DNA of 33,742 nt, from the IMG/VR virus record IMGVR_UViG_3300031766_000033, positions 1 through 33,742 of that record; one strand, given 5' to 3'. The stretch comes from a virus. Its lineage: Duplodnaviria; Caudoviricetes. The notes beneath the pieces were generated by a model. That model made no database searches. It was not told where the DNA came from and worked only from the letters and a program-made list of their open reading frames with translations. Both the position numbers and the translations under genes were made by a program. Position 1 is the first letter of the stretch, and the number at the start of each line of letters is the position of its first letter. Shown here one piece after another: positions 9,019-19,564 of this stretch.

Positions 9019-10885
9019 AGGCCAAGACCAAGGCGCTATAGCTTTATTCCAGGCCGTCCAAAAAGAGCTTGCAGACAGTACAGCAGAGCAAAAGCGACTA
9101 AATACCCAAGTCAAACAATACGACAAGATTGCTCAACAAGCCAACAAAGTCACTCGTAATTCCAACGGCAACTACAAAGAAGCTAACCGTAGTATGCGTA
9201 CAGCTCGTGGCGCTGCTGGTCAACTTGGTTACCAAATTCAAGATATTGCTGTACAACTTCAAGGTGGACAGAACTTAGGGCTTATTATAGGTCAGCAGGG
9301 TTCTCAAATAGCATCTGTGTTTGGTACTGGCGGTATTGTTGCTGGTGCGATTATATCTATTGGCGCATTGTTTGCGACCATGATGGTTCCTAAGCTATTC
9401 GAAGCTGGACAGGAAGCCAAGAACCTAGAAAAGATATTTAAAGACCTAAACGACACATTGCTAACAGTTAGCGATGAGGGTGTAAGTGTACTTGCTGATG
9501 ATTTTGTAAAGCTCGCTAAAGCTAATAAAGACTTTGCTGAAGTCGCGCTTGCTGCTGGATTAACTAAGGCAGTAGAGGGATCTACAGTTGCGTTTGAAGG
9601 GTTAAGTAGAGCTGCTGGCGAATTTAACTTTGTTATTGATAATGTAAGTAATCAGAATGATACAGCGGCAGTACAGGCTAGAGCAGCTCAGCTTCAGTTT
9701 GCAAATTATGCTAAACAACTGGGAATTAGTACCGAGCAAGCTGTTGCATTAAAAGCAGCTTCTGAAGCGGTAATTAGTGGTGTAGATGGGTCTTCTGAAT
9801 CAATTAGCGAAATGTTGGCAGAGCTTGTTATGCTTCCTGGCGCTACTGATAAATTCAAAACGCTTGCCAATGAAGTTGTTCAGTTTGCTTACTCTCAAAT
9901 TGAAGCTCAAGATAATGTAGACCGACTTACAGAGCTACTAAATAATCTTGATGTAGCTTTAGACGAAAACACTTCAAGCTACGTTGATCAGCAAAAAGCG
10001 GTTGAAAAGACGCTTGAAACCATGCGCTTAGAAGTTGGCGCTTATGGTATGAGCGCACGAGTTATTGCTTTGCGTGATGCTGCAATAGAAGGCGCTAATG
10101 CTACTCAGTTGCGTGAGATAGACATTCTGCAAGAACGCTTAGAGGTTATGAAACAGCAGGAGGATGCTGAGAAACTCATGACTGATATTCTAGGCAAGAC
10201 AGGAACAGCTAGAGATCAGTACCTTAATAAATATCGCGAGCAGTTAGATGAGTTAAATCAGTATCGTGATGACGATATTATTAGTGATGAAGAATACACT
10301 AGGACTATCAACAATCTAGCTAAGCAGCGATCAGATAACCTAGCTAAGTATGCAGAACAAGACAGAAAGACCAGAATGGAGTCTATAAACTTCATTGGTC
10401 AATCTGCTTCTATTCTTGAGTCAGCGTTTGAGGAAGGATCTAAAGCGCAGAAAGCTGCATTCCTTGTAAACCAAGGTGTGGCAATGGCTAATGCAATTGT
10501 ATCTACAGAGCAAGCCGCCGCTCAGGCTCTAGCGACATTTGGAGCAGGTGGCGTTGCAATGTCTGGCGTAATCAGAGCAATGGGTTACGCAAGTGTCGCA
10601 GCAATCGCTGGTCAGACTTTAGGCTCGTTTGAAGGCGGCGGCTTTACTGGCATGGGTTCTCGCACTGGAGGCGTAGACGGTAAGGGTGGATTTGCTGCCA
10701 TATTGCATCCAAACGAAACCGTTATTGATCATACTAAGGGTCAAGGCTCTGGAATGAACGTCACTGTCAATATAAACGCAGTGGACACCAAAGGCTTCGA
10801 TGAGCTGCTGTACAAGCGCCGAGGTCAATTAGTCAGTATAATCAACCAGGCCGTAAACAATAGAGGCCGAGCGTCAATAGTATGA
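8984..10885 (+). CDS. Tail tape measure protein
   Basis: Ala/Gln-rich helical protein with GQLGYQIQDIAVQLQGGQ...GQQGSQI and a C-terminal FEGGGFTG...LHPNETV motif. Confidence 0.93.
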   Translation: MAADQNIILGIKGQDQGAIALFQAVQKELADSTAEQKRLNTQVKQYDKIAQQANKVTRNSNGNYKEANRSMRTARGAAGQLGYQIQDIAVQLQGGQNLGLIIGQQGSQIASVFGTGGIVAGAIISIGALFATMMVPKLFEAGQEAKNLEKIFKDLNDTLLTVSDEGVSVLADDFVKLAKANKDFAEVALAAGLTKAVEGSTVAFEGLSRAAGEFNFVIDNVSNQNDTAAVQARAAQLQFANYAKQLGISTEQAVALKAASEAVISGVDGSSESISEMLAELVMLPGATDKFKTLANEVVQFAYSQIEAQDNVDRLTELLNNLDVALDENTSSYVDQQKAVEKTLETMRLEVGAYGMSARVIALRDAAIEGANATQLREIDILQERLEVMKQQEDAEKLMTDILGKTGTARDQYLNKYREQLDELNQYRDDDIISDEEYTRTINNLAKQRSDNLAKYAEQDRKTRMESINFIGQSASILESAFEEGSKAQKAAFLVNQGVAMANAIVSTEQAAAQALATFGAGGVAMSGVIRAMGYASVAAIAGQTLGSFEGGGFTGMGSRTGGVDGKGGFAAILHPNETVIDHTKGQGSGMNVTVNINAVDTKGFDELLYKRRGQLVSIINQAVNNRGRASIV

Positions 10886-11460
10886 GTGGAACTTACCCGA
10901 CAAGTCCTGTTTTCACATCTGCAAACTTCCGCAGCGAGTTCTTTAATCTGAGCAGCCAGACAATCTCTGGTCGCACTCAGGTAAGGAACATCGGCGGTCA
11001 GCGGTTTACGTTTACGGCTGCTTATCCTCCTATGACCAGGACTGAGTTCTCTCCTGTCATGGGGTTCCTTATGGCGCAACGAGGAATGGCTGAGACCTTC
11101 ACTATCGTTTTACCGGAGGTTTCTAGCTCCTCTGGGAGCGTCTCAGGAACGATCTCTGCTGCTGCTTCTGGTAGTATAGGTGATACGTCAATTGCCGTAG
11201 ACGGCTTCACAGGCACGATAAAGGCGGGTGATGTGTTTAAGTTCGCCAATCATGTCAAAGTCTACATGGCTACCGCTGATCTAACAGGCTCTGGGACTCT
11301 AGCCTTTCAACCTGCCTTAGTAGCGGCAGTCTCTGATAATGAGGCGATTACGCATGATGACGTACCGTTTACTGTACGCCTTAACAATGATGTCCAAGAA
11401 TACGGTATTGCTACCGACCTATCCTATAGCTACGAAGTAGACTTTATTGAGGCAATATGA
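10882..11460 (+). CDS. Distal tail protein (Dit-like) / minor tail protein
   Basis: Immediately after the tape measure gene; SGRTQVRNIGGQRF, IKAGDVFKFANH. Confidence 0.7.
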   Translation: MSGTYPTSPVFTSANFRSEFFNLSSQTISGRTQVRNIGGQRFTFTAAYPPMTRTEFSPVMGFLMAQRGMAETFTIVLPEVSSSSGSVSGTISAAASGSIGDTSIAVDGFTGTIKAGDVFKFANHVKVYMATADLTGSGTLAFQPALVAAVSDNEAITHDDVPFTVRLNNDVQEYGIATDLSYSYEVDFIEAI

Positions 11461-12011
11461 GCAGAGAGATAGATTCGGCAACGATTACTGCGCTGAATAG
11501 CGATAATCTCAATATTGCCAATTTAGTACAGATGGATTTTGACACGCCAATCAAGATTACTAATTGGGCGCGTGATGTTGTGGCTCTTAGTACTACTTTT
11601 GATAGCAGCTCTGATTTACTAGAGATTGATCAATTTACCGAAAGTTCAGAGCTTCAGGTTAACTCTTCTACGCTTAGATTCTCAGGTGTTAGCCAGACGT
11701 TTGTATCTCTATTCTTAACTAATGATTACATTGACGTTAGAACTAGAATATGGAAAGCAGTATTAACAAATTCTGACACCGTTATTGGTTCTCCAATATT
11801 AGTTTTTGATGGCAGGATTACATCTTACTCTATCGTAGATAGCCAAAATGACAGCGCTGTTTCTGTAGAAATCGCAAGTCACTGGAAGGATTTCCAACTT
11901 CGTAACGGAAGGAAAACAAATAATAATACGCAACAGCTTTATTTCTCTGGAGATAAAGGTTTTGAGTTTGCCTCAGAGACAAATAAAGAAATTAAGTGGG
12001 GTAAATCATAA
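11457..12011 (+). CDS. Tail hub / minor tail protein
   Basis: Position before the J-like gene; FDGRI, IASHWKDF, GRKTN, GDKGFEFA...IKWG. Confidence 0.7.
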   Translation: MSREIDSATITALNSDNLNIANLVQMDFDTPIKITNWARDVVALSTTFDSSSDLLEIDQFTESSELQVNSSTLRFSGVSQTFVSLFLTNDYIDVRTRIWKAVLTNSDTVIGSPILVFDGRITSYSIVDSQNDSAVSVEIASHWKDFQLRNGRKTNNNTQQLYFSGDKGFEFASETNKEIKWGKS

Positions 12012-15000
12012 TGTGGCCTATTTTAGCTGCAATCTTTGCTGTTGCAAGTGGCGCGGTATCTTATGTACAAGCTCGCAAGGCTCAGAAAGCAGCCAAGAAG
12101 GCGAATGATGAGCAGCGCGGTGTACTGGTCAACAAAGAAAGTAACATCGAGCAGATCCCTGTTATCTATGGCGAGCGCAGGGTCGGCGGTGTTCGTGTAT
12201 TCGTATCTACTGACGGTACATACAAGACCGTAGGCGGCTCTACAAGCTGGTATGCTGGCTACCATCCTGACACTGATAGCTATGATGATGTTAGCCCTAC
12301 TCCAACGAATGAGTATCTTTACATCGCATTGGTTATGGCTGAGGGCGAAGTAGAAAGCATCACGGATTTTATCATTGATGATCTTCCTATTACTGACCCT
12401 AAGTATTCAGGCTTGGTAGGCATCGATGTGTATCTCGGCGGCGATGATCAAACCATGCCTGATACAGCGTTGCTTAGAGAGGCAAACGAGTTCTGGACGG
12501 CAGAGCATAGACTTAGAGGCGTGGCTTTTATTGGGGTCAGGCTAAAGTGGGACGAAGAGGCATTCTCAGGCATCCCCGATATTACTGCTGTCGTTAAAGG
12601 TAAAAAGGTATATGACCCGCGAACAGCTACTACTGCTTGGTCTGACAACCCTGCTCTGTGTATTCGTGACTATCTCACCAACACTCGATACGGAAAGGGA
12701 TTACCAGTTAGCGCCATTGACGATGTGGCAATAGCTGCCGCTGCTAACGATTGCGATGAGTCAGTTACTCTGTACGATGGTGGCGGCTCTGGGAAGCTAT
12801 TCACCTGCAACGTAGTCTTAGACACTTCTAAAACGCTCTTTGATAACCTTGGTACTTTGCTTTTAGGATGCCGTGGCTTTCTTCCTTACTCTCAGGGTAA
12901 GTATCGACTTAAGATTGACGGTTCGCGTAGCAGTGAATTCACGTTTACTAATGACACGATCATTGGCGGGATTGAGATCCAGGGCGAAAGCAAGGACGAG
13001 AAGTTTAATCGCGTTACGGTTAAATTCCCTAATCCTGATGCCAACTGGCAACCTGACACTGCGATATGGCCTCCTGCTGACTCTGCCGAGGAAACAGCTT
13101 ATCTTGCTGAGGATGGCGGTGTTCTGCTGCATGAAGAGATTGATCTAGACACTATAACTAACTACTACCAGGCTAGAGACCTGGCTAGGGTTATCTTGCT
13201 GCGTTCCAGAAACGCAATAACCTGCGCCCTAACTACAACTTCAGAGGCGTTGCAGCTTGAGGTAACAGACGTAGTATCTGTTACTCACTCTACTTTAGGC
13301 TGGGTAGCAAAGCCGTTCCAGGTCATTGGTATGCAACTCAATGATGACGGAACAGTAGCCCTGGCATTGCTTGAGTACGACTCCACAGTCTACACATGGG
13401 AAGAAGGCACAGAACAGACTGCGTATCCAGATACGAGTCTGCCTGATCCGTTTACGGTTGGCGTGGTATCTAACATCACGGTTACTGAGACCACTACGCT
13501 AAGTTCTGACGGTACAGTTATACCTACTGGTTTGATCGAGTGGGACACATCATACGACCGTCTGGTTAATCAGTACGAGATACAGTACAAGCTGACCTCT
13601 GAGGCTGACACAGAGTTTAAGAGCCTGTTTACTAGTGTGCCTAAGTACGAGTTCTACAATGCGGAAGTGGGTACAAGCGTTACGATTCGTATCAGAGCGA
13701 TCAATACGCTGAACGTGAAAGGCGAGTTTACTACTGCTACGTTTACGGTAAATGGCGATCAAGACGCTCCCTCTATCCCATCCAGCTTAGCTGCTACAGC
13801 AGGGGCTTCCAATATTCGCTTGGATTGGACAAACCCCACGGAGACAGACCTGAAGATTATTGAGGTGTATCGGCATACCTCTAATGTCTCAGCGTCTGCA
13901 ACTAAAATTGCTAGTATTAATTCGGATTATTTTGTTGATCAAAACATAGCAACCGCGACTACTTATTACTACTGGGTCAAGGCAGTGGATTTCTCAGGCA
14001 ATGCGTCTGGGTTTTCTGCTTCTGCAAATGCGTCAGCTACTACCCTGACCGCTGACCTTGGCAGCATTGAAACTGATATCAGTACATTGCAAACGAATGT
14101 CGGTAGTTTGCAAGGCTCGGTCATTAATTTAAATTCTAATGTCAGCACTGCTCAATCAAATATTACGCAAGCGCAAGCCGATATTAATGCCGCTGAAAAC
14201 GACATTGTTAGCTTAGAAACGATAAGCAGCAGTCATACGTCTTCAATTAGCAATTTGAATACTACGGTAGGTAATAACAGTAGCAATATCACCACTCTTC
14301 AAGGCACGACTGCTACGAATGCATCTGATGTAACGGCGCTTGAAACCAGAGCGACCAATATTGAAGGTGATATTACTGCCACATCTACTGCTCTCAGCTC
14401 CTTAGACACGCGAGTAACTACGGCTGAAGGGACAATCACCACTCAAGCCTCTAGTATTACGTCTTTGGAATCTGATTTAACTAGCTTGGATGGGACAGTT
14501 TCAGGGAACGCGACAGCTATTAGTGGCTTAGATACACGAGTGACTAGCGCCGAGGGTACAATTACTTCTCAGTCTAGTGACATTACGACTCTGGAAAGCA
14601 ATTTAACAACAGCAGAAGGAAATATTACTGCAAACGCCACAGCAGTGGGCGGCTTAGACACTCGCGTAACATCAGCAGAAGGGAGTATCACAAGTCAAGC
14701 TAGTGATATTACTACGCTAGAAAACACAGTTAACGATCCGACGACAGGATTAACCGCAACAGTAACAGCAGTCGGTGGATTAGATACACGCATCACTTCT
14801 GCTGAAGGAACTCTGACTTCTGTATCAAGCGACGTAACAACACTTGAAAACACAGTTAACGATCCGACCACAGGAGTATCAGCTACGGCTACAGCGGTTG
14901 GTGGCTTAGATACTCGCATCACAACGGCAGAAGGCACGATAACTTCTCAATCTACTGACATCACAACGCTAGAAACCACTGTCTTTAATCCTACCATCGG

Positions 15001-16585
15001 CGTGACAGCTACAGCTATCGCTGTCGGGGGGCTAACGACTAGAGTGACATCGGCAGAAGGTACGATTACTTCGCAAGCCAGTGACATTACTACTTTAGAA
15101 ACCACTGTAAATAATGCGACCACCGGAGTGGCAGCTACAGCTACCGCTGTAGGAGGTTTAGATACTCGTGTAACGACTGCTGAGGGAACGATAACTTCTC
15201 AATCTACTGACATTACTACTTTAGAAAACAGTGTCTTTAATCCGACCACAGGAGTATCAGCTACGGCTACTGCTGTAGGCGGGTTAACTACTCGTGTAAC
15301 GACTGCTGAAGGCAATATAACTTCAATCGCATCTGATATTACTACGCTGACAACGACTGTAAACGGTAACACGACTAGCATCACCACTAACGCAAGCAGT
15401 ATCAACGGCGTAGAGGCGAAGTACACAGTAAAGATAGACAATAATGGTCACATCTCTGGTTACGGTCTTATCTCTACGGCGAATAATGCCACGCCAACTT
15501 CAACATTCTCTGTCAATGTTGATGCGTTCAAAATCACTAATGCCGCTCAAACGTCTACCCCTTTTGAGGTACTTACAACCGCCACCACGTTAGCTGACGG
15601 TACGACAAAACCTGCGGGGGTTTATATAAAGACCGCAAATATCGGGGTCTTAAATGCCAATCAGCTTACAGCGGGATTCATCAACGCTGATCGTATTAAC
15701 GCCAGTACCATTACTGCGTCAAAGCTACAATATGGCACTTCTCTGAGTTCTGGCAGCACTACTTGGGGCATAGGAGCAGGAGCTAGTGTAGCGGGTGTCA
15801 CAGGGGTGGGGGCTTTTGGTACAGGAAGTTCAGCCGCAGCTCTAGCCGCAGGGTCAAATGGTGGTTTGTTCGGCGGGTCTGTTGGCGCGACAGGATATGG
15901 TAATGCGAGCATCTCTGGGGGAACATGGACTACAGCAGGTGTTTTAGGTAACGGGTCAGGTGCGGGTGGGTACTTTGTTAGAACAGGGAGTACGAACGTC
16001 ACTCTCGCCAATGCAAGCTACGGACTTGAAACCGCATCAAGCATTTATGTCGGCGGCTCTTACCTGCCATTCACCGGAAGTCACGAGGCTATTGTCAGTG
16101 ATACCGTGAGCTTGGAGGCAGGAGACATCATGGTAGATGTATCTGTAATAGCTTCCTTGGGAGTGTCTACAGTATTAACTGAGGTATCTTTGTCGAGCGC
16201 TCCTAATCAAAAGACTGCAATTGGCGTGTTTAGCTATGCCGCTGAATCAGATTACGTCTCACCTACACTGCAAGAAGATATAACGGTACTTTCTGAAATT
16301 GAGGTTGTCACTCCTGTATATCAGACCAAAGCTGAATACACAGACACTATGGCTGGGAAGAAAACTGTCTATATCAATGCGGTCGGTGAAGGCATGATTA
16401 ACGTCTGCGGAGAAAGCGGCGACATTGAGCAAGGAGACCTGATCGTCACCAGTTCTATAGTTGGGAAAGGCATGAAGCAGGGAGATGATATAATACGCTC
16501 ATATACCGTGGCTAAGGCTCGTGAGAGCGCTACATTCTCATCCAGCGAAACCAAAACTATCGCTTGTATATATTTATGTGGGTAA
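12011..16585 (+). CDS. Tail tip / host-specificity protein (gpJ-like) with FN3 domains, a coiled-coil repeat stalk and a C-terminal chaperone-like domain
   Basis: IPVIYGERRVGG, VKGKKVYDPR, WSDNPALCIRDYLTNTRYG, FN3 motif YYYWVKAVDFSGN, heptad repeats, YTVKIDNNGHISGYGL. Confidence 0.92.
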   Translation: MWPILAAIFAVASGAVSYVQARKAQKAAKKANDEQRGVLVNKESNIEQIPVIYGERRVGGVRVFVSTDGTYKTVGGSTSWYAGYHPDTDSYDDVSPTPTNEYLYIALVMAEGEVESITDFIIDDLPITDPKYSGLVGIDVYLGGDDQTMPDTALLREANEFWTAEHRLRGVAFIGVRLKWDEEAFSGIPDITAVVKGKKVYDPRTATTAWSDNPALCIRDYLTNTRYGKGLPVSAIDDVAIAAAANDCDESVTLYDGGGSGKLFTCNVVLDTSKTLFDNLGTLLLGCRGFLPYSQGKYRLKIDGSRSSEFTFTNDTIIGGIEIQGESKDEKFNRVTVKFPNPDANWQPDTAIWPPADSAEETAYLAEDGGVLLHEEIDLDTITNYYQARDLARVILLRSRNAITCALTTTSEALQLEVTDVVSVTHSTLGWVAKPFQVIGMQLNDDGTVALALLEYDSTVYTWEEGTEQTAYPDTSLPDPFTVGVVSNITVTETTTLSSDGTVIPTGLIEWDTSYDRLVNQYEIQYKLTSEADTEFKSLFTSVPKYEFYNAEVGTSVTIRIRAINTLNVKGEFTTATFTVNGDQDAPSIPSSLAATAGASNIRLDWTNPTETDLKIIEVYRHTSNVSASATKIASINSDYFVDQNIATATTYYYWVKAVDFSGNASGFSASANASATTLTADLGSIETDISTLQTNVGSLQGSVINLNSNVSTAQSNITQAQADINAAENDIVSLETISSSHTSSISNLNTTVGNNSSNITTLQGTTATNASDVTALETRATNIEGDITATSTALSSLDTRVTTAEGTITTQASSITSLESDLTSLDGTVSGNATAISGLDTRVTSAEGTITSQSSDITTLESNLTTAEGNITANATAVGGLDTRVTSAEGSITSQASDITTLENTVNDPTTGLTATVTAVGGLDTRITSAEGTLTSVSSDVTTLENTVNDPTTGVSATATAVGGLDTRITTAEGTITSQSTDITTLETTVFNPTIGVTATAIAVGGLTTRVTSAEGTITSQASDITTLETTVNNATTGVAATATAVGGLDTRVTTAEGTITSQSTDITTLENSVFNPTTGVSATATAVGGLTTRVTTAEGNITSIASDITTLTTTVNGNTTSITTNASSINGVEAKYTVKIDNNGHISGYGLISTANNATPTSTFSVNVDAFKITNAAQTSTPFEVLTTATTLADGTTKPAGVYIKTANIGVLNANQLTAGFINADRINASTITASKLQYGTSLSSGSTTWGIGAGASVAGVTGVGAFGTGSSAAALAAGSNGGLFGGSVGATGYGNASISGGTWTTAGVLGNGSGAGGYFVRTGSTNVTLANASYGLETASSIYVGGSYLPFTGSHEAIVSDTVSLEAGDIMVDVSVIASLGVSTVLTEVSLSSAPNQKTAIGVFSYAAESDYVSPTLQEDITVLSEIEVVTPVYQTKAEYTDTMAGKKTVYINAVGEGMINVCGESGDIEQGDLIVTSSIVGKGMKQGDDIIRSYTVAKARESATFSSSETKTIACIYLCG
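14390..15400 (+). repeat. Eight tandem 126-nt (42-aa) coding repeats
   Basis: The L(D/T)TR(V/I)T(S/T)AEG unit recurs every 126 nt (e.g. 14402, 14528, 14654); TTAACGATCCGAC occurs at 14730 and 14856. Confidence 0.9.
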
Positions 16586-16588
16586 TCT

Positions 16589-16921
16589 ATGGACACTTTG
16601 TACTTAGTTCAATCGGACAATGGCACTCAGCTTAAGGTTGAAATAACCAGGGATGACACAGGCTTGCCTGTAGATTTAACTGGAGCGACTCCAACATTAA
16701 GATTTAAGAAAAAGAATACCGGAGTCATACTGACTGACATTAATTCCTCTTCTTTCAGTTCTAATGATCTTGAGGCTGGAATAGCTGTGTTTCAGTTTAA
16801 TGCGGCTGCATTAGCCATTACCGCAGGGGATTATGTGGCAGAGATTCAGGTCACATTTACTGATGGCACTGTCGAGACAGTATATGAAGAGCTGCAATTC
16901 GTGGTAAGAGAAGATTATTAA
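16589..16921 (+). CDS. BppU-N-like Ig-fold baseplate/fibre adaptor protein
   Basis: PVDLTGAT, GDYVAEIQVTFTDGTVETV...FVVREDY. Confidence 0.6.
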   Translation: MDTLYLVQSDNGTQLKVEITRDDTGLPVDLTGATPTLRFKKKNTGVILTDINSSSFSSNDLEAGIAVFQFNAAALAITAGDYVAEIQVTFTDGTVETVYEELQFVVREDY

Positions 16922-18459
16922 TGGCTAAGATGCATATTAGCAAACTGTTATCTCAGAGGCTGCGCTTACAGGCTACCTCTCAGCGACTGCGTATTGTTGC
17001 CGAAGTAGTCTTAGGTTCGTTTATTGGTCAAGGAATGAACTTGATTCATACGGCGACAGCTACTGACTTGCTTAGCTTTATCCTCAACAAACTTGCCGCT
17101 GATTCTGTCGGGACAACTGACCAAGCAAACTTTGCAATAGCTAAGGGCTTAAACGATCTTGCTGGCGTGACGGACAGCACATCTTTTGATGTATCTAAAC
17201 CTGCTGTAGACTTGTTCGCTGCTAATGATGAGTCGGCTATATCAACAGGTAAGATAGCAGAAGACACCTTTAGCATGACCGATAATGCCTTTTTTGGTAT
17301 TGGGCGCAATCCTGCTGACACAGTTTCATTGAACGAACTGCTTTCGTTCGATGCTGGTAAAACGCTGTCTGATTATTCCATAGCTTCTGATGTGGCTGGA
17401 TTATCACTTGCAAAGTCGTTTGCCGATACCGTGGCTATGACAGACTCTGTAGAAGCGTTGTTGTCTACTCTTCAATCCGCTACTGATGCAAGCTCGATCT
17501 TAGATCAACAAGTATTGTTACTCGGTAAAGGCGCTACAGATTCAGCTAGTGCTATCGACGAACAGTTGTTTGTCGTAGGTAAATTGTTTAATGACGCTCC
17601 GGTGGCGATTGATACTTTAGGTGTCAATTTGACTAAAGTGCTAGTGGACTCTGTTGCTATGTCAGACACATTGTCCGAGCTGTTGACGCGAGAGCAAGCG
17701 GCTTCAGACTCCGGTGTGTTGACAGATACCAATGTCTTGCTTGCAGGGAAGAACCCTGAAGACGTAGTTGGCACGATTGATACGCAAGCATTTGCGGTAG
17801 CCAAAGCCATTACCGATACGCCTATAGCTAGTGAGCAAATTGGGTTAAGCCTAGCTAAGACCTTGTTTGATGTAGTCAGTATGACTGACTCGCTCACAGC
17901 CTTGCTGTTGAGAGAGCAATCGGCCTCAGATTCTGGAGCGGTGACTGACGCTAACGCGCTGACCTTTGGGAAGCAGCCGCAAGAAACAACTATCACAACG
18001 GACACGCAAGCGTTTGCAATTACCAAGGGTCTGAATGATGCGGTGTATGCGACCGATGACATTGGCGCAGAAGCTACGCTCGATGATGATCAAACCCTGC
18101 AATTCCAAAAGCGACTGATTGATTTTGCAGGAATTAGCGACTCTGCGGAATTGGAAGCTGCTTTCACTAGAGGTTTTGCTGACGCTGGATCTATCACCGA
18201 TTCTGTAAATGTCTTTTTACAGTACGCCAGACCACAGGTAGATGCGCTGTCTGCGTATGACTCTGTAAGCATCAGTGCTGAATATGACAGGCAGATCGGG
18301 GATGGCACGACTACTCAAGACAATTTGGTCTCATTGGTTGGAAAAGTGAAATCTGATATACTTGGCGTAGAGGATTCTGGCTTTCTATTAAGTCAGGACT
18401 ATATTGACAACAACCTGTACTTTGCTAACGATTATGTTGGTGAAAAACGTACTTTTTAG
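16921..18459 (+). CDS. Repetitive acidic virion structural protein (probable fibre/whisker)
   Basis: About 18-aa D-x5-D...K-x3-D units organised into three 74-aa (222 nt) super-repeats (ATG codons at 17437, 17659, 17881). Located in the tail module. Confidence 0.6.
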   Translation: MAKMHISKLLSQRLRLQATSQRLRIVAEVVLGSFIGQGMNLIHTATATDLLSFILNKLAADSVGTTDQANFAIAKGLNDLAGVTDSTSFDVSKPAVDLFAANDESAISTGKIAEDTFSMTDNAFFGIGRNPADTVSLNELLSFDAGKTLSDYSIASDVAGLSLAKSFADTVAMTDSVEALLSTLQSATDASSILDQQVLLLGKGATDSASAIDEQLFVVGKLFNDAPVAIDTLGVNLTKVLVDSVAMSDTLSELLTREQAASDSGVLTDTNVLLAGKNPEDVVGTIDTQAFAVAKAITDTPIASEQIGLSLAKTLFDVVSMTDSLTALLLREQSASDSGAVTDANALTFGKQPQETTITTDTQAFAITKGLNDAVYATDDIGAEATLDDDQTLQFQKRLIDFAGISDSAELEAAFTRGFADAGSITDSVNVFLQYARPQVDALSAYDSVSISAEYDRQIGDGTTTQDNLVSLVGKVKSDILGVEDSGFLLSQDYIDNNLYFANDYVGEKRTF

Positions 18460-18468
18460 GGATTTATT

Positions 18469-18915
18469 ATGATTAACAGCGAAATTAAAGCTACAGGTCG
18501 TCTTTCTGTAGTTCTGAAAGATTTAGACGGCAACATCAAAGATTCTAGGGATATCAATAACCTAGTTGTAACTTCTGGGTTAGGGTTTATTGCTTCACGA
18601 ATGAAAGATACCACTGCTGGCGCTATGTCGTACATGAGTATCGGAACAGGTACAACTGCTGCCGCTGCTGGTGATACTACGTTAGCAACAGAGCTAGACC
18701 GCAACGCTATTACTTCTACGACCGTCACAGGTAATGAAATTGCCTATGTCTCGTCTTGGGCGGCTGGTGATGGCAGTGGCGCTATCACGGAAGCGGGTAT
18801 CTTTAATGATTCTTCAGCCGGAACTATGCTTGCTCGCACCGTGTTCTCTGTCGTCAACAAGGCTGCTAACGATACGTTAAGCATTACTTGGACAATTACA
18901 CTGTCAGCATCTTAA
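18469..18915 (+). CDS. Tail collar / fibre-anchor structural protein
   Basis: NLVVTSG, MSIGTGTTAAAAGDTTL, GAITEAGIFN, MLARTVFSVVNK, TLSITWTI. Confidence 0.7.
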   Translation: MINSEIKATGRLSVVLKDLDGNIKDSRDINNLVVTSGLGFIASRMKDTTAGAMSYMSIGTGTTAAAAGDTTLATELDRNAITSTTVTGNEIAYVSSWAAGDGSGAITEAGIFNDSSAGTMLARTVFSVVNKAANDTLSITWTITLSAS

Positions 18916-18934
18916 TATTTGAAATGAGGCGAGC

Positions 18935-19564
18935 ATGGCTACAATTACCACAAGGGCGGGTAAAGGCTCGCCTCTAACAAATACAGAGGTTGATGCTAAT
19001 TTCACCAACCTCAATACTGACAAGCTGGAGGCGGGGGACGACTTAGGGACTCCCTCGGCTGTAGTTCTCACTAATGCTACAAGTTTGCCTAGCGGCTCTC
19101 TAACAGGGACTGTCGCGGTAGCTAATGGCGGCACAGGCTCGTCTACTGCTTCTGGGGCGTTAACGAATCTGGGGCTTACAGCCACGGCAGTAGAACTAAA
19201 TTATATTGACGGCGTTACCTCCGCAATTCAGGATCAGCTAAATTACTCTGATGACCGCACCATCAATGCGCTAGGCAGTGTCAGCGGCACTACTGACATT
19301 GATTTAGCTGATGGAACTAACGTCACTGCGACGATAGCCGCAGCCACTACATTTACGATTAGCGGCATTACTAGCGGGTCAGTGAATACAGTGACCTTGT
19401 ATCTCACGAACGCAGGGGCTTACACAATTACATGGCCTTCCGGTACGACATTTAATAGGAATGCCGCGCCTGTTCTACCTGCTTCCGGTGATACGATCAT
19501 CGTTCTTGAAACTTATGACAATGCTACTTCTTACGCAGGTATACAGGTCTGGAGAAGTGTTTAA
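18935..19564 (+). CDS. Tail fibre protein with a C-terminal adaptor domain
   Basis: N-terminal RAGKGSPLTNTEVDANFTNLN; fibre motifs VAVANGGTG and ELNYIDGVTSAIQDQL; C-terminal DLADG...TITWPSG domain. Confidence 0.7.
   Translation: MATITTRAGKGSPLTNTEVDANFTNLNTDKLEAGDDLGTPSAVVLTNATSLPSGSLTGTVAVANGGTGSSTASGALTNLGLTATAVELNYIDGVTSAIQDQLNYSDDRTINALGSVSGTTDIDLADGTNVTATIAAATTFTISGITSGSVNTVTLYLTNAGAYTITWPSGTTFNRNAAPVLPASGDTIIVLETYDNATSYAGIQVWRSV

Noticed and set aside
253-19185. Numerous antisense ORFs opposite the structural genes (e.g. 17505-18062, 15661-16011)
   Set aside because: Shadow frames of strongly coding + strand genes, without RBS or motifs.
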